This document shows positions 10,690 to 20,538 of a stretch of DNA of 64,000 nucleotides, piece by piece. Origin of the DNA: an uncultured Phycisphaerales bacterium (GTDB lineage Bacteria; Planctomycetota; Phycisphaerae; Sedimentisphaerales; Anaerobacaceae). The stretch is from positions 704,001 through 768,000 of the forward strand of contig OY970359.1 of assembly GCA_963718665.1 (NCBI GenBank), read 5' to 3'. The translations under genes and the position numbers were made by a program. Position 1 is the stretch's first letter; the number at the start of each line of letters is the position of its first letter. The notes below the pieces were generated by a model that saw only the letters and a list, made by a program, of their open reading frames with translations, was not told the origin of the DNA and did not search any database.

Positions 10690-10723
10690 ACAGGAGGAAA
10701 GCGACAGACCCCATTTCGAAAAG

Positions 10724-11893
10724 TTACTTCGCAACCTTGAATTCGTATTTCTGAACGATGTCCTTATCGAGGTCTTTACCCTGACCGGTCAATGTGAACC
10801 CGGCGTCGGTCTTTTCGTATAGAAAGTCCTTGCCGCTAAATAGGTCCTTCGGCAATCCCGCCGGAAGCTCATCCGGCAACTTGCCTGTCTTTGCCCTGAT
10901 TATGTAAATTTCAATTCCCGCAATGACGGCATTGAATTGCGTTTTATCCCTTGTATCTATCATTAAAACCCGGTTAATCGCAGGAAGCAAAACTCCAGCT
11001 ATAACCGCCTCGGGCTTATCCTTGGCGGTTTTTTTGACCTCCCCGCATATATCATCAAGCTTCTGTTTTGCCTGGGCATAAGGCAAATCATAAGCAATCT
11101 GCATCCTGGCTATAATGCTTTGATAATACTCTCTTGCCCTGATGTAGAACTCATTATCACCCTGCTGGTGGAGAATCTGGTTCAGCTTATCTTGGTCGTC
11201 TCTGGATATACCACAGGCGTCAGCCACGATATCACGCAACCCTTCTTTGTTTTTCATAGAATTTCCACAAACTATCGCTTCATTACCAATCGCTGTTCTT
11301 ATTGAAGAATACCCGCTGTATACATCAGCAAGCTGCCCTCTAAGCCGCTGGAGCGCTTCGGTATCATTTGATATTTGCGGAAGTATTTCCACGATACGCT
11401 TGTTTGCCAGAACACCAGTTGCCCTGCCGACTAATCCCTGGACTATTATATCATCGCCAACGTGTCTGCCCATTTTGTGCATCGTAATGCACCTCTCAAG
11501 GGCTGTTTTGTAATCGCCTTTTTCGGCCAAGACCTTCGCATCGGCAGCGAGCAATTTCGCCATATCCCTGCACTTGGCAAGAGGTGGCAGAGGCATAGCG
11601 AATCCTTCTGATAAATCCATACCCCAGTCGCAGTTTTTAATATCTGCAGCCGTTACTATTTCTTTGATGAATTTCCGATTGTCTTCAAGGTAAAGTCGTA
11701 TTTGTGCATCCGACTCGGTATCACCCCTCAATACTTGCCCTATCATGTTTTGGTCGGCACTGTTCGGCTCCTTCATAAGCATAAAGACCTTATAGTAGAG
11801 AACCGCCGCGTTATCAGGCGGATATGCGAACGCCTGCCCAGCCGAAACCAACAACACTGCGCCAATCAAAATTACTTTTAATGTCGTTTTCAT
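10724..11893 (-). CDS. Secreted hypothetical protein, third gene of the ECF module
   Basis: Signal peptide (AFA/YPP), helical body, C-terminal GKLPDELP..PKDLFSG.DFLYEK..GFTL. Confidence 0.75.
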   Translation of the reverse strand: MKTTLKVILIGAVLLVSAGQAFAYPPDNAAVLYYKVFMLMKEPNSADQNMIGQVLRGDTESDAQIRLYLEDNRKFIKEIVTAADIKNCDWGMDLSEGFAMPLPPLAKCRDMAKLLAADAKVLAEKGDYKTALERCITMHKMGRHVGDDIIVQGLVGRATGVLANKRIVEILPQISNDTEALQRLRGQLADVYSGYSSIRTAIGNEAIVCGNSMKNKEGLRDIVADACGISRDDQDKLNQILHQQGDNEFYIRAREYYQSIIARMQIAYDLPYAQAKQKLDDICGEVKKTAKDKPEAVIAGVLLPAINRVLMIDTRDKTQFNAVIAGIEIYIIRAKTGKLPDELPAGLPKDLFSGKDFLYEKTDAGFTLTGQGKDLDKDIVQKYEFKVAK

Positions 11894-11922
11894 AAATCAT
11901 TCCTTTCCGGCTTTTGGCCGTT

Positions 11923-12348
11923 CTAATTCAGCAGTTCACCGATTGATACATTTGTGTTTTTTTGCCCCAATAATTCGTATGCCTTTTTACTCTGCTCATC
12001 CACCGCGTCCAAACCGCCCTGACGATACGCAAGCGACAGGGACAGCATAGACAGCATCTTCGCCGGAGATTGCTCGGACTTTTCGAAAACCACCGGTTCA
12101 ACGTGTCCGGGCCTGCGTGACATAAATAATACCACGAGCGCTGCGATTGCGATTACGGCAGCTATCCTGATAAGCGGATGCGCCAACGAAAATCGCTGAA
12201 CATTCGGACGCGTCCTTGCTCGCGAGATAAGCTTCTGATACTCGGCCGAGTATTTTTGCTTCCATTGTTCGCCGTCGAATTCGACCTTGCCGGAGTCAAT
12301 CGTCTTTTTGAGCTGCTCATCCAGCCATTTTTCATTTCGCTCGTTCAT
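11923..12348 (-). CDS. Putative membrane-anchored anti-sigma factor
   Basis: One TM helix; ATGA overlap with the upstream ECF sigma gene. Confidence 0.7.
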   Translation of the reverse strand: MNERNEKWLDEQLKKTIDSGKVEFDGEQWKQKYSAEYQKLISRARTRPNVQRFSLAHPLIRIAAVIAIAALVVLFMSRRPGHVEPVVFEKSEQSPAKMLSMLSLSLAYRQGGLDAVDEQSKKAYELLGQKNTNVSIGELLN

Positions 12349-12881
12349 AATTGGTCCTCGTAAAACCCGCTCTTTTTCAGATATTCAGCAATTTTCTCTT
12401 TGGCCCTTCGCAGCCGGCCGTTTATCGCCTGCTCCGAAATCCCCAGCGCCTTCGATATCCGCTCATAAGGCAATCCGTCATAGTAGCGAAGGTAAATCAC
12501 TTCTCTCGCCTCAGGCGCAAGACCGGCGACCGCTTCACGGACCGCCTCGGTATCAGGCGAATCCTCCTGCCAGGCCGGCAATTTCGAGAGCTTATCGACG
12601 TCACATATTCTCTGCTGCTTGCGACCAATATCGTTTGCCGAATTTCTGCATATCACCCCAAGCCAGCTTGCGAAACTGCCAGCCTGTCGCAATTCAGGCA
12701 GTTTCACCGCCGCAACCGCAAACGCCTGCTGGGCAGCATCCTCCGCAAGGTGTCTGTCTCCGATTATAGAGTGAGCAATCGCGACCATTGCCGGGTAATA
12801 CCGCCCGCACAGCTCGGTAAAGCTGTTGCCGTCGCCCCGCAGGGCCGATTCCACCAACTGCCTGTCCGGTCTTTCAGTCAT
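12345..12881 (-). CDS. ECF sigma-70 factor
   Basis: AEDAAQQAF, FASWL and region-4 YERISKALGISEQAINGRLRRAK; GGAG RBS before ATG 12881. Confidence 0.92.
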   Translation of the reverse strand: MTERPDRQLVESALRGDGNSFTELCGRYYPAMVAIAHSIIGDRHLAEDAAQQAFAVAAVKLPELRQAGSFASWLGVICRNSANDIGRKQQRICDVDKLSKLPAWQEDSPDTEAVREAVAGLAPEAREVIYLRYYDGLPYERISKALGISEQAINGRLRRAKEKIAEYLKKSGFYEDQL

Positions 12882-12984
12882 TAACTTGTCATCTCCAACG
12901 CATCGGAACTCGCCGGCGAGAGCCATGCTCTCATATTTAAGACGCCCAACACCCCCCAAAATGGGCGCAAAAAAACAATTTTCT

Positions 12985-13020
12985 CCTGCCCTGTCCTCCG
13001 TAGCCTTAGCGAAGGAGGAG
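12985..13020. repeat. Short palindromic repeat element
   Basis: cctgccctg-tcctccgtagccttagcgaaggagga imperfect hairpin, related to the element at 10651-10689. Confidence 0.6.
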
Positions 13021-13117
13021 TTTTTCATTATAATCACTGGTCTGGTGTGTGGAAAATAGATTTGACGCAACGGCGACGCATTACTATACTTATCCGTTTA
13101 ATAATGGCCAGACCGGA

Positions 13118-13170
13118 GTGGCACGGCCATCTTGGCCGTGTTTTTCACACGGGCTGGAAGCCCGTGCTAC
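13118..13170. repeat. REP doublet (REPIN-like)
   Basis: GTGGCACGGCCATCTTGGCCGTG ... CACGGGCTGGAAGCCCGTGCTAC: two inverted palindromes with GT(G/A)G feet. Confidence 0.75.
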
Positions 13171-13197
13171 ACAATGCAATAAACTTCGGAGAATAAG

Positions 13198-14670
13198 ATG
13201 GATAAGAACAAAATCATCGCAGAAGGTATAACATTCGATGATGTCCTGCTGATACCCGCCAAGAGCGACCTTGTGCCCAGCCAGGCCGACACAAGAACCC
13301 GCCTCACCAATAACATCATGATAAATATCCCCCTTGTCTCCGCGGCAATGGACACCGTTACAGAATCCTCGCTGGCAATCGCGCTCGCTCAGGAAGGCGG
13401 TATCGGCATAATCCACAAAAACCTGCCCGTCGCCGACCAGAAAAGAGAAGTCGTCAAGGTCAAACGCTCCGAAAACGGCGTCATAATAGACCCGATTACT
13501 CTCTCGCCCGATGAGCCGGTCCGAAAAGCACAACAGATGATGAACGAGCAGAACGTTTCCGGAATACCGATTGTCGAGGGCAGAAAACTGCGTGGCATCC
13601 TGACCAAAAGAGACCTCAAATTTCTCAAGGATTACGACGCCAAAATCAGCTCGGTAATGGTGAAGAACAATCTCGTAACAGCCCCGCCGAATACCACGCT
13701 CGAACAGGCCAAGGGAATCCTGCAGGAACATAAAGTCGAAAAGCTGTTGTTGGTCAATGATAATGGCGACCTGACGGGGCTGATAACGATGAGGGACATC
13801 GACCGGGTCGAGCGATACCCTCTTGCGGCCCGCGACCAGAGAGGCCGATTAAGAGTCGGCGCCGCCGTCGGCGTCCACGATTACGAAAGAGTCGAGGCCC
13901 TCATAGCCGCCGAAGTCGATGTAATCGTTGTCGATACCGCTCACGGCCATTCGCAAAACGTCATCGACACCGTAAAAACAATCAAAAGCAATTACAGCAT
14001 CGATGTCATCGCGGGCAATATCGCGACCGCCGATGCCGCCAAAGACCTCATTGAAGCAGGCGTAAACGCCGTCAAAGTCGGAATCGGCCCCGGCGCTATC
14101 TGCACAACAAGAATCATCTCCGGTGCAGGAATGCCCCAGGTCTCCGCGATAATGAACTGCCTCTCAGAGGCCTCCAAACACGATATCCCCGTCATCGCCG
14201 ATGGCGGTATCCGCCACTCAGGCGACATCACCAAGGCCATTGCCGCCGGCGCCTCAACCGTAATGCTCGGCTCGCTCTTCGCGGGCCTCCGCGAAAGCCC
14301 CGGCCAGTTGGTCATCTACAAGGGCAGGCAGTTCAAGGAATACAGAGGTATGGGCTCTCTCGGTGCGATGGTCAAAGGTTCCGCCGACAGATATGGCCAG
14401 AAAGCCGCCGCCTCCAAAGACAAGCTCGTCCCCGAAGGCGTCGAAGGTCGTGTCCCCTACCGCGGGGCGCTGAGCGATTTCGTTTACCAGCTCGTCGGCG
14501 GACTAAGGGCCGGTATGGGCTACTGCGGAACAAGAAATATCGAAGAGCTTCGGACCAAATCACGTTTCGTCCGCGTAAGCTCCGCCTCCGTCAGCGAATC
14601 GCACCCGCACGATATAAAAATAACCAAAGAATCGCCAAACTATTCAACCGTTGAACCACTTGAGGACTAA
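13198..14670 (+). CDS. guaB: IMP dehydrogenase
   Basis: [18 protein letters not shown] pair, [11 protein letters not shown] and YRGMGS motifs. Confidence 0.98.
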   Translation: MDKNKIIAEGITFDDVLLIPAKSDLVPSQADTRTRLTNNIMINIPLVSAAMDTVTESSLAIALAQEGGIGIIHKNLPVADQKREVVKVKRSENGVIIDPITLSPDEPVRKAQQMMNEQNVSGIPIVEGRKLRGILTKRDLKFLKDYDAKISSVMVKNNLVTAPPNTTLEQAKGILQEHKVEKLLLVNDNGDLTGLITMRDIDRVERYPLAARDQRGRLRVGAAVGVHDYERVEALIAAEVDVIVVDTAHGHSQNVIDTVKTIKSNYSIDVIAGNIATADAAKDLIEAGVNAVKVGIGPGAICTTRIISGAGMPQVSAIMNCLSEASKHDIPVIADGGIRHSGDITKAIAAGASTVMLGSLFAGLRESPGQLVIYKGRQFKEYRGMGSLGAMVKGSADRYGQKAAASKDKLVPEGVEGRVPYRGALSDFVYQLVGGLRAGMGYCGTRNIEELRTKSRFVRVSSASVSESHPHDIKITKESPNYSTVEPLED

Positions 14671-14675
14671 ACAAA

Positions 14676-14735
14676 TTGTTCATAGTCCATTGTTCGTAGT
14701 TCATTGCAACGAACAATGAACACAGAACAACGAAC
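14676..14735. repeat. Inverted pair of heptamer arrays between guaB and guaA
   Basis: ttgttca tagtcca ttgttcg tagttca, then cgaacaa tgaacac agaacaa cgaac. Confidence 0.75.
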
Positions 14736-14743
14736 GGAAGACA

Positions 14744-16285
14744 ATGAACCACGAAACAATTGCGATTCTCGACTTCGGCAGCCAATATGTGCAGCTTATC
14801 GCAAGGCGTGTCCGCGAGCATAATGTTTACTCCCAAATCTTCCCCGCCAATACGCCCGCGAAGACACTGGCGAAGGAAAACCTCAAAGGAATAATACTCT
14901 CAGGCGGCCCTGCCAGCGTCTATGACAAAGACGCAATCAAATGCGACGAGAAAATCTTCGACCTCGGCGTTCCCATCCTCGGCATCTGCTATGGCATGCA
15001 GCTTGGCTGCTCCGTCCTCGGCGCAAAGGTCGTCCCCGCCAAGAACAGGGAATTCGGCAGGACAAACCTCACCATCACGGGTAAATCTGGCCTCTTCGCA
15101 AACCTTCCCGATTCAACTACTGTCTGGGCAAGCCACGGCGACCAGATTGAGGACGCCGACCACAACTTCATCAAGCTCGCCCAAACAAAAACCTGTCCCT
15201 TCGCCGCCGTAAAACACAAAAAACGAAAATTCTTCGGCGTCCAGTTCCACCCAGAGGTCTCGCATACTCCCAAAGGCGCGATTATCCTGAAAAATTTCCT
15301 TTACGATATCTGCAGCTGCGCAGGCGACTGGAAAATGAGCGACTTCGTCGCCGATACCGTCAAAAAAATCGATAAACAGGTCGGCGACCACACCGTTATC
15401 TGCGGCCTCAGCGGAGGCGTCGATTCCTCCGTTACCGCCGCCCTGCTCCACAAAGCCGTAGGTGAACGCCTCGTCTGCATCTTCGTCGATAACGGCCTCC
15501 TCCGCAAAAACGAACGCCAGCAAGTCGAATCCACCTTCCGCGACCATTTCCACATCGACCTGCGCGTCGTTGACTGGTCAAAACAATTCCTCTCGAAACT
15601 CGTTGGCATAACCGACCCCCAGCAAAAACGCAAAATAATCGGCGCAGAATTCATCGCCGCCTTCAAATCCGAAGCGTCCAAAATCAAAAACGCCAAATTC
15701 CTCGCACAGGGAACCCTCTACCCCGACGTCATCGAGTCCGGCGCCAAAGATGGCAACCCCGCTGCGAATATAAAGCTGCACCACAACGTGGGCGGCCTCC
15801 CCAAAGAGCTTGGCTTTGAACTGGTCGAGCCGTTAAGGGATTTATTCAAAGACGAAGTTAGAGTTGTTGGCGAATACCTGGGTTTACCTGAACACATCGT
15901 CTGGCGTCATCCCTTCCCGGGGCCTGGATTAGCAGTGCGCGTAATCGGCGAAATTACACCCAAACGCCTCGAAGTCCTGCGTGCCGCCGACGAAATCCTC
16001 ATCGATGAAATCAAATCCGCAGGCCTGTACAGAAAAATCTCGCAGGCCCTCGCCGTCCTTGTCCCCGTCCAGACCGTCGGCGTTATGGGCGATGGCAGAA
16101 CCTTTGAAAACGTCATCGCTATCCGCGCCGTCGAAACCCCCGACTTTATGACCGCTGACTTTTCGCAGATACCTTATGAGGTGCTGGGGCTTATTTCGAG
16201 CAGAATCATAAACGAGGTCCGCGGCGTAAATCGCGTCGTTTACGACATCTCCAGCAAACCCCCCGCCACTATCGAATGGGAATAA
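14744..16285 (+). CDS. guaA: GMP synthase (glutamine-hydrolysing)
   Basis: [34 protein letters not shown] and KPPATIEWE motifs. Confidence 0.98.
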   Translation: MNHETIAILDFGSQYVQLIARRVREHNVYSQIFPANTPAKTLAKENLKGIILSGGPASVYDKDAIKCDEKIFDLGVPILGICYGMQLGCSVLGAKVVPAKNREFGRTNLTITGKSGLFANLPDSTTVWASHGDQIEDADHNFIKLAQTKTCPFAAVKHKKRKFFGVQFHPEVSHTPKGAIILKNFLYDICSCAGDWKMSDFVADTVKKIDKQVGDHTVICGLSGGVDSSVTAALLHKAVGERLVCIFVDNGLLRKNERQQVESTFRDHFHIDLRVVDWSKQFLSKLVGITDPQQKRKIIGAEFIAAFKSEASKIKNAKFLAQGTLYPDVIESGAKDGNPAANIKLHHNVGGLPKELGFELVEPLRDLFKDEVRVVGEYLGLPEHIVWRHPFPGPGLAVRVIGEITPKRLEVLRAADEILIDEIKSAGLYRKISQALAVLVPVQTVGVMGDGRTFENVIAIRAVETPDFMTADFSQIPYEVLGLISSRIINEVRGVNRVVYDISSKPPATIEWE

Positions 16286-16520
16286 GTCCCCTTCCTCATC
16301 CGCCCTACTGCTCAACTGTTCCACTTTCCAATCTCTTGCGCAGCGCAGGGGACCCATTTTCAAACTACCCCCCTTGGTTGAAATTCCCTCTGAAATCGAA
16401 AGTTTGAAACATAAATTTTCTGTGCCCTCGGCATTATCTACGGTAAATATCGTCATAACCTCTGTGTCAGTCCGTGTTTAAGCCCGTGTCGGTCAGTGTT
16501 TAAAAAATGTTATATTTTTA

Positions 16521-16549
16521 TTGAACACGCCGTTCTTGTTTGATATAAT
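16521..16549 (+). promoter_or_regulatory. Sigma70-type promoter for the HNH-AP2 gene
   Basis: TTGAAC-17 bp-TATAAT. Confidence 0.7.
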
Positions 16550-16555
16550 ACCCCC

Positions 16556-16633
16556 CGCTGAGTCAGGAGCTCAGCGTAGTTGCACAGAAGTGCAAGGCAT
16601 CAGGAACAGGAGTTCCATTTCGAATTGTAACTA
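16556..16633 (+). ncRNA. Candidate structured leader or small RNA with AGGA-loop hairpins
   Basis: Hairpins CGCTGAG-tcaggag-CTCAGCG, TTGCAC-agaa-GTGCAA and GGAAC-agga-GTTCC; TAGTTGCA can also pair with TGTAACTA. It begins just after the -10 box. Confidence 0.45.
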
Positions 16634-16644
16634 AAACAATAAAA

Positions 16645-16690
16645 CTCTGTGAACTCTGTGGCCTCTGTGGCTAAAAAACTTGCTCTGTGG
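16645..16690. repeat. 9-mer (CTCTGTGnn) repeat element
   Basis: ctctgtgaactctgtggcctctgtggctaaa; the same family occurs at ~19451, 59061, 59269, 59464, 60250 and 60331. Confidence 0.8.
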
Positions 16691-16708
16691 CAAGAGAGGA
16701 GATGAAAG

Positions 16709-17317
16709 ATGACTACTATTCAAATCAAGGTTCCCAACTGGCTCGACAAAATTTTCGCCTGGCCCGTGATGCTTTATCGCAAACAAAAGTATGGCTATTC
16801 CTATCGAAGAATTTATCTGGGCGAGGATGAATGGACAATTCTCGACGCACAAGATTATTACCGCCTCAACCATTTCAAATGGTTCCTTACCGGCCGTCTG
16901 CATAAATTCTATGCCGCCAGAACCATTAAAATTGATGGTAGGACAAAATTTAGGCGTATGCACAGGGATATTATGAATCCCCCCGATAATCTTCTGGTTG
17001 ACCACAGAAACTGTGACGGCCTCGACAATCGCAGAGAAAATCTTCGCTTCGCGACTAAATCCCAGAATATTTGTAACAGTAGAAAGAGAAAAAATACCTC
17101 TTCCGTTTACATCGGCGTTCACCTTCGTAAAAAGCAAAACCGATGGGAAGCCGAAATTACGCACAATAGGAAAAAAATATGGCTCGGCTCTTTCGATAAC
17201 GAAATCGCCGCCGCACGCGCCTACGATAAAGCCGCGAAAAAATATCACGGAGAATTTGCGCGACTCAATTTTCCGGAGGAAAACAACAACGTCGAAATAC
17301 AAAATACGAACGACTAA
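16709..17317 (+). CDS. HNH endonuclease with C-terminal AP2 DNA-binding domain
   Basis: VDHRNCDGLDNRRENLRFAT..QN (HNH); YIGV..WEAEI....IWLGSF..EIAAARAYD..A...HGEFARLNF (AP2); AGGAG RBS. Confidence 0.92.
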   Translation: MTTIQIKVPNWLDKIFAWPVMLYRKQKYGYSYRRIYLGEDEWTILDAQDYYRLNHFKWFLTGRLHKFYAARTIKIDGRTKFRRMHRDIMNPPDNLLVDHRNCDGLDNRRENLRFATKSQNICNSRKRKNTSSVYIGVHLRKKQNRWEAEITHNRKKIWLGSFDNEIAAARAYDKAAKKYHGEFARLNFPEENNNVEIQNTND

Positions 17318-17351
17318 ATACGAATTGTCTGTCAATTTCCAAATAAAATGT

Positions 17352-19277
17352 TTAGCCGCCGGCGGCCGGCTGCTGCGATTGGCCGGATCGCATTTGAGTC
17401 AGGTGAATATTGTAAGCCGCCAAAATGTCCTGGCGGCTAATTATGCCGATTACAGAATTATGTTCTTTATCTCCGACTACCGGTAGCTCGTCATAGGGCA
17501 TCTTGGCGAATTGAATCATAGCAACAGAAAGGTCTGTATCAGGCCAGAGTGGTTCTATGTTTGTTATAAGTAAATCTTGAGCAATGGCAACTTGTTCAAA
17601 CTGATGGTCGTAGAGGAACTCTCGGACATCTGACAAGCTGATTAGACCTTTATATTTCCCATCGGAATCTATTACAGGAAAAATCGTTTGTGTTGTCTGG
17701 GGAATTAACTCCAGAAGCTTCTGAAGCGGCATATCCAGCGGAATGGTAACAATCTTTTTGTTTGCCGGCTGCCAGATTTTATCTATGGTCAAGCCATCGA
17801 GCACGCCGATAACAAGGTCCCCGCGATGAGCCGGAGAATCCAGGCGAGTAGAAACTTGTTCGTGATAAATGGTCCAGCCGTGACTAAGAGCATAAGCCAG
17901 TGCCGACACCCACATTGCAGGCAGGAGCAGTTCATAACCGGATGTCAGTTCCGACACCATTATAATGGTGCTGACGGGCGTTTTTGCGGCGGCTGAAAAA
18001 AAACCGGCCATTCCCAGTATTACGAACACATCTATCCGTGTGACTGTCGAAGGCATCCAGTACTGCAGTATCAGCCCCAGCGCTCCGCCGAGACTGCCGC
18101 CGATAACCATACTTGGCCCGAACACTCCGCCGGAACCGCCCGAGCCGATGGTTAGTGATGTCGTGAAAATCTTACCCAAACCCACAGCCAATAGCAGGAC
18201 AATCAGCGTTCCCGAACCATAATGCATCTGGTCGGAGAGCAGTTTTTGAAGTATGCCGTAACCGAACGACAACGTGCTGAGGCTGCTGTTGCTGACTTCC
18301 TGCCCTAATGGGAGAAGAAGATAAAAAATACCCAGTGCCAGCAGCCCCGTCGCCAGCGCTCCTATTGCCGGTTTAAAGTGAGGCGGTATCCTGAGTCGCT
18401 TGAACATACCCTGTACCCCATAGAACGACCGGACATATAACCACGACACGACCGCCATTAAAACAGCCAGCACAGTCAATGGGATAAGCAATAAAGGATT
18501 GTTGAACTTCAAACCGCTTTGAATGGTAAATATCGGTTCAAAGCCCATCCTCGTCCCAGAAATATAGAGTGTACACAGCCCGTATGTGCAGTAAGCCATT
18601 GTGCATGAGATGAAGGCTGGAATCAATGCCTCTGCCTCGAAATCCTCGTCACGGTACAATACTTCTATGGCGAAAATCGCGCCTGCTAACGGCGCTTTGA
18701 ATATAGCGGCTATGCCTGCCCCCATCCCCGCCGCAAGCAGTATGCGCCTCTGCGACTCTGAAAGTTTCAACATCCTCGCCAGATAAGACCCGAAACCGGC
18801 TCCTATTTGAGCAATAGGTCCTTCTCTTCCCCCTGAGCCGCCCGTGCCTATCGTGATGGCCGAGCAAATTATCTTGACTAACGGAACACGCACGCGAATC
18901 AGGCCTCTATCGTGGTGGTAGGCCCTGATGGCCGCATCAGTTCCATGGCCCTCTGCTTCAGGCGCCAGCGAATACACTATTATGCCGGATATTAATCCGC
19001 CGATGGTAATGACAACGAGTAACATCCATGGCACAAAGGTGCCGAATAAAGGATGAAGGTGTTTGTACATATCCCATTCGCCCAGAGGGGCAGTCGGCTT
19101 ATAGCCCGCCGCAAGTTCCAGAGTATAATTTATGACCAGATGCGACAGCAGTTGAAACACTACCGCACCAAGTCCTGCTACTATGCCGACCACGCTGACC
19201 ATAGCAATGAGTTTTCCCATCGAGCGAAGATGGCTGGTCCTAACATGCGGGTGTTGCTTGATTTTTGCTTCTTTCAT
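17352..19277 (-). CDS. ClC family chloride channel/antiporter with CBS pair
   Basis: GHGTD, GREGP and GGVFGP signatures; C-terminal CBS domains. Confidence 0.95.
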   Translation of the reverse strand: MKEAKIKQHPHVRTSHLRSMGKLIAMVSVVGIVAGLGAVVFQLLSHLVINYTLELAAGYKPTAPLGEWDMYKHLHPLFGTFVPWMLLVVITIGGLISGIIVYSLAPEAEGHGTDAAIRAYHHDRGLIRVRVPLVKIICSAITIGTGGSGGREGPIAQIGAGFGSYLARMLKLSESQRRILLAAGMGAGIAAIFKAPLAGAIFAIEVLYRDEDFEAEALIPAFISCTMAYCTYGLCTLYISGTRMGFEPIFTIQSGLKFNNPLLLIPLTVLAVLMAVVSWLYVRSFYGVQGMFKRLRIPPHFKPAIGALATGLLALGIFYLLLPLGQEVSNSSLSTLSFGYGILQKLLSDQMHYGSGTLIVLLLAVGLGKIFTTSLTIGSGGSGGVFGPSMVIGGSLGGALGLILQYWMPSTVTRIDVFVILGMAGFFSAAAKTPVSTIIMVSELTSGYELLLPAMWVSALAYALSHGWTIYHEQVSTRLDSPAHRGDLVIGVLDGLTIDKIWQPANKKIVTIPLDMPLQKLLELIPQTTQTIFPVIDSDGKYKGLISLSDVREFLYDHQFEQVAIAQDLLITNIEPLWPDTDLSVAMIQFAKMPYDELPVVGDKEHNSVIGIISRQDILAAYNIHLTQMRSGQSQQPAAGG

Positions 19278-19542
19278 CTAACGCATTTTACAAGCGAGAC
19301 CGATTCCCGGCAACTAACCTTTTGTCCAAATTTCTCCTGGATTAGTAGAAAAAACCGAGACGTCTGTGGCAAAGAAAAATAATTGCTTCTTTTTGTCTAA
19401 CCGCCTATTATTTTATGAACTTTTTGTGCATTTTTGTGGTTATATAAATTTCTCTGTGACCTCTGTGTGCTCTGTGGCTAAAACACGGAGCGAAGCGACG
19501 AGCCCGTTTCGGAAACTCTGTGGCTAAACAATGGAGACGCAA

Positions 19543-19824
19543 ATGTTCAAGGTAAATGAATACTTCGGCGGAAAGGTTAAATCCATCACCTTCAAGACAA
19601 ATCAATCCCCCGCCACCGTCGGCGTCATCGCCCCGGGCGAATACGAGTTCGGCACATCAACCGTCGAAATTATGACCGTCATCACAGGCAAACTCTCCGC
19701 ACTTTTACCTGATAGCGCAAAATGGGCCGACTTCGGCCCCGGCAAATCATTCACCGTCCCCGCCAACAAGAAATTCAAGGTAAAAGCCGACGAGGATACA
19801 AGCTACCTTTGCCTCTATTCGTAG
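19543..19824 (+). CDS. ppnP: Pyrimidine/purine nucleoside phosphorylase
   Basis: [15 protein letters not shown]...GEYEFGT...SYLCLY. Confidence 0.9.
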   Translation: MFKVNEYFGGKVKSITFKTNQSPATVGVIAPGEYEFGTSTVEIMTVITGKLSALLPDSAKWADFGPGKSFTVPANKKFKVKADEDTSYLCLYS

Positions 19825-19959
19825 CGTAGCGAAGACCCCCGCGTCTCGTTTTACGAAGCCACGCCTTGCGGGGCAAAGTAAAACGGCGGGGGGGTAGCAT
19901 TGCCTCCCCCGCCAAACACTCAAGCCAACCAATTTCTACTGGTGCTTGATTAAAATGCT

Positions 19960-19991
19960 CATAGTCCTTTTGACTAATCAAAAGGACTATG
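19960..19991. repeat. 32-bp palindrome, copy 1
   Basis: CATAGTCCTTTTGA-ctaa-TCAAAAGGACTATG. Confidence 0.9.
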
Positions 19992-20056
19992 GATAATATA
20001 TTCACATCTATTTATGAATATGCCTGTTTGGTAAAGTGTCCAATAGTGCCGGCGAT

Positions 20057-20299
20057 TTAAATTCCCGCTCTCTGCGTCATTTGAATAAATTCCAGGATAA
20101 TCCTCGCCTTACCCTTGACCCCCGCCTTGCGAAAAATATTCCCAAGATGAGCACGCACCGTATTATACTCAATGCGAAGTTCTTTTCCTATCTGCTCATT
20201 GTCCATGCCGTCGCAGACCAGTTTGGCAACCTCCACCTCTCGCCGCGTCAAATGCCATATCTTACTCAGATACTCCCACTGCTTTGCCGTGAAGACCAT
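20057..20299 (-). CDS. Stand-alone LuxR-type HTH protein (80 aa)
   Basis: LTRREVEVAKLVCDGMDNEQIGKELRIEYNTVRAHLGNIFRK. Confidence 0.9.
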   Translation of the reverse strand: MVFTAKQWEYLSKIWHLTRREVEVAKLVCDGMDNEQIGKELRIEYNTVRAHLGNIFRKAGVKGKARIILEFIQMTQRAGI

Positions 20300-20326
20300 A
20301 TCTCAATCCCCATAATATAAAAAGTT

Positions 20327-20358
20327 CATAGTCCTTTTGATTAGTCAAAAGGACTATG
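20327..20358. repeat. 32-bp palindrome, copy 2 (exact reverse complement of copy 1)
   Basis: CATAGTCCTTTTGA-ttag-TCAAAAGGACTATG; the stem extends to 20324-20361. Confidence 0.9.
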
Positions 20359-20538
20359 AACATAATACACTTCCATGCTGTGAGTATCCATATTTGTTTT
20401 TAAATAAATGAACTGCCTTTTCTCAATCCCCAAAAACGCGACACGAAGCAAAACGAAGAGCCCCCCTCGGGAATCCGCGTAATTCGTGGCTTAAAATATC
20501 GCTGCGGTCTCAGCGTCCTCTGCGGTAAGATGAATTCA

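Noticed and set aside
16577..16633. Hammerhead ribozyme or purine riboswitch
   Set aside because: The minus strand has CGAAA and CTGATG, but only one hairpin between them and no CUGAUGA. The purine riboswitch core nucleotides are absent.
16286..17350. Prophage or integrative island at the guaA 3' end
   Set aside because: No integrase, no phage genes and no duplicated guaA 3' end were seen.
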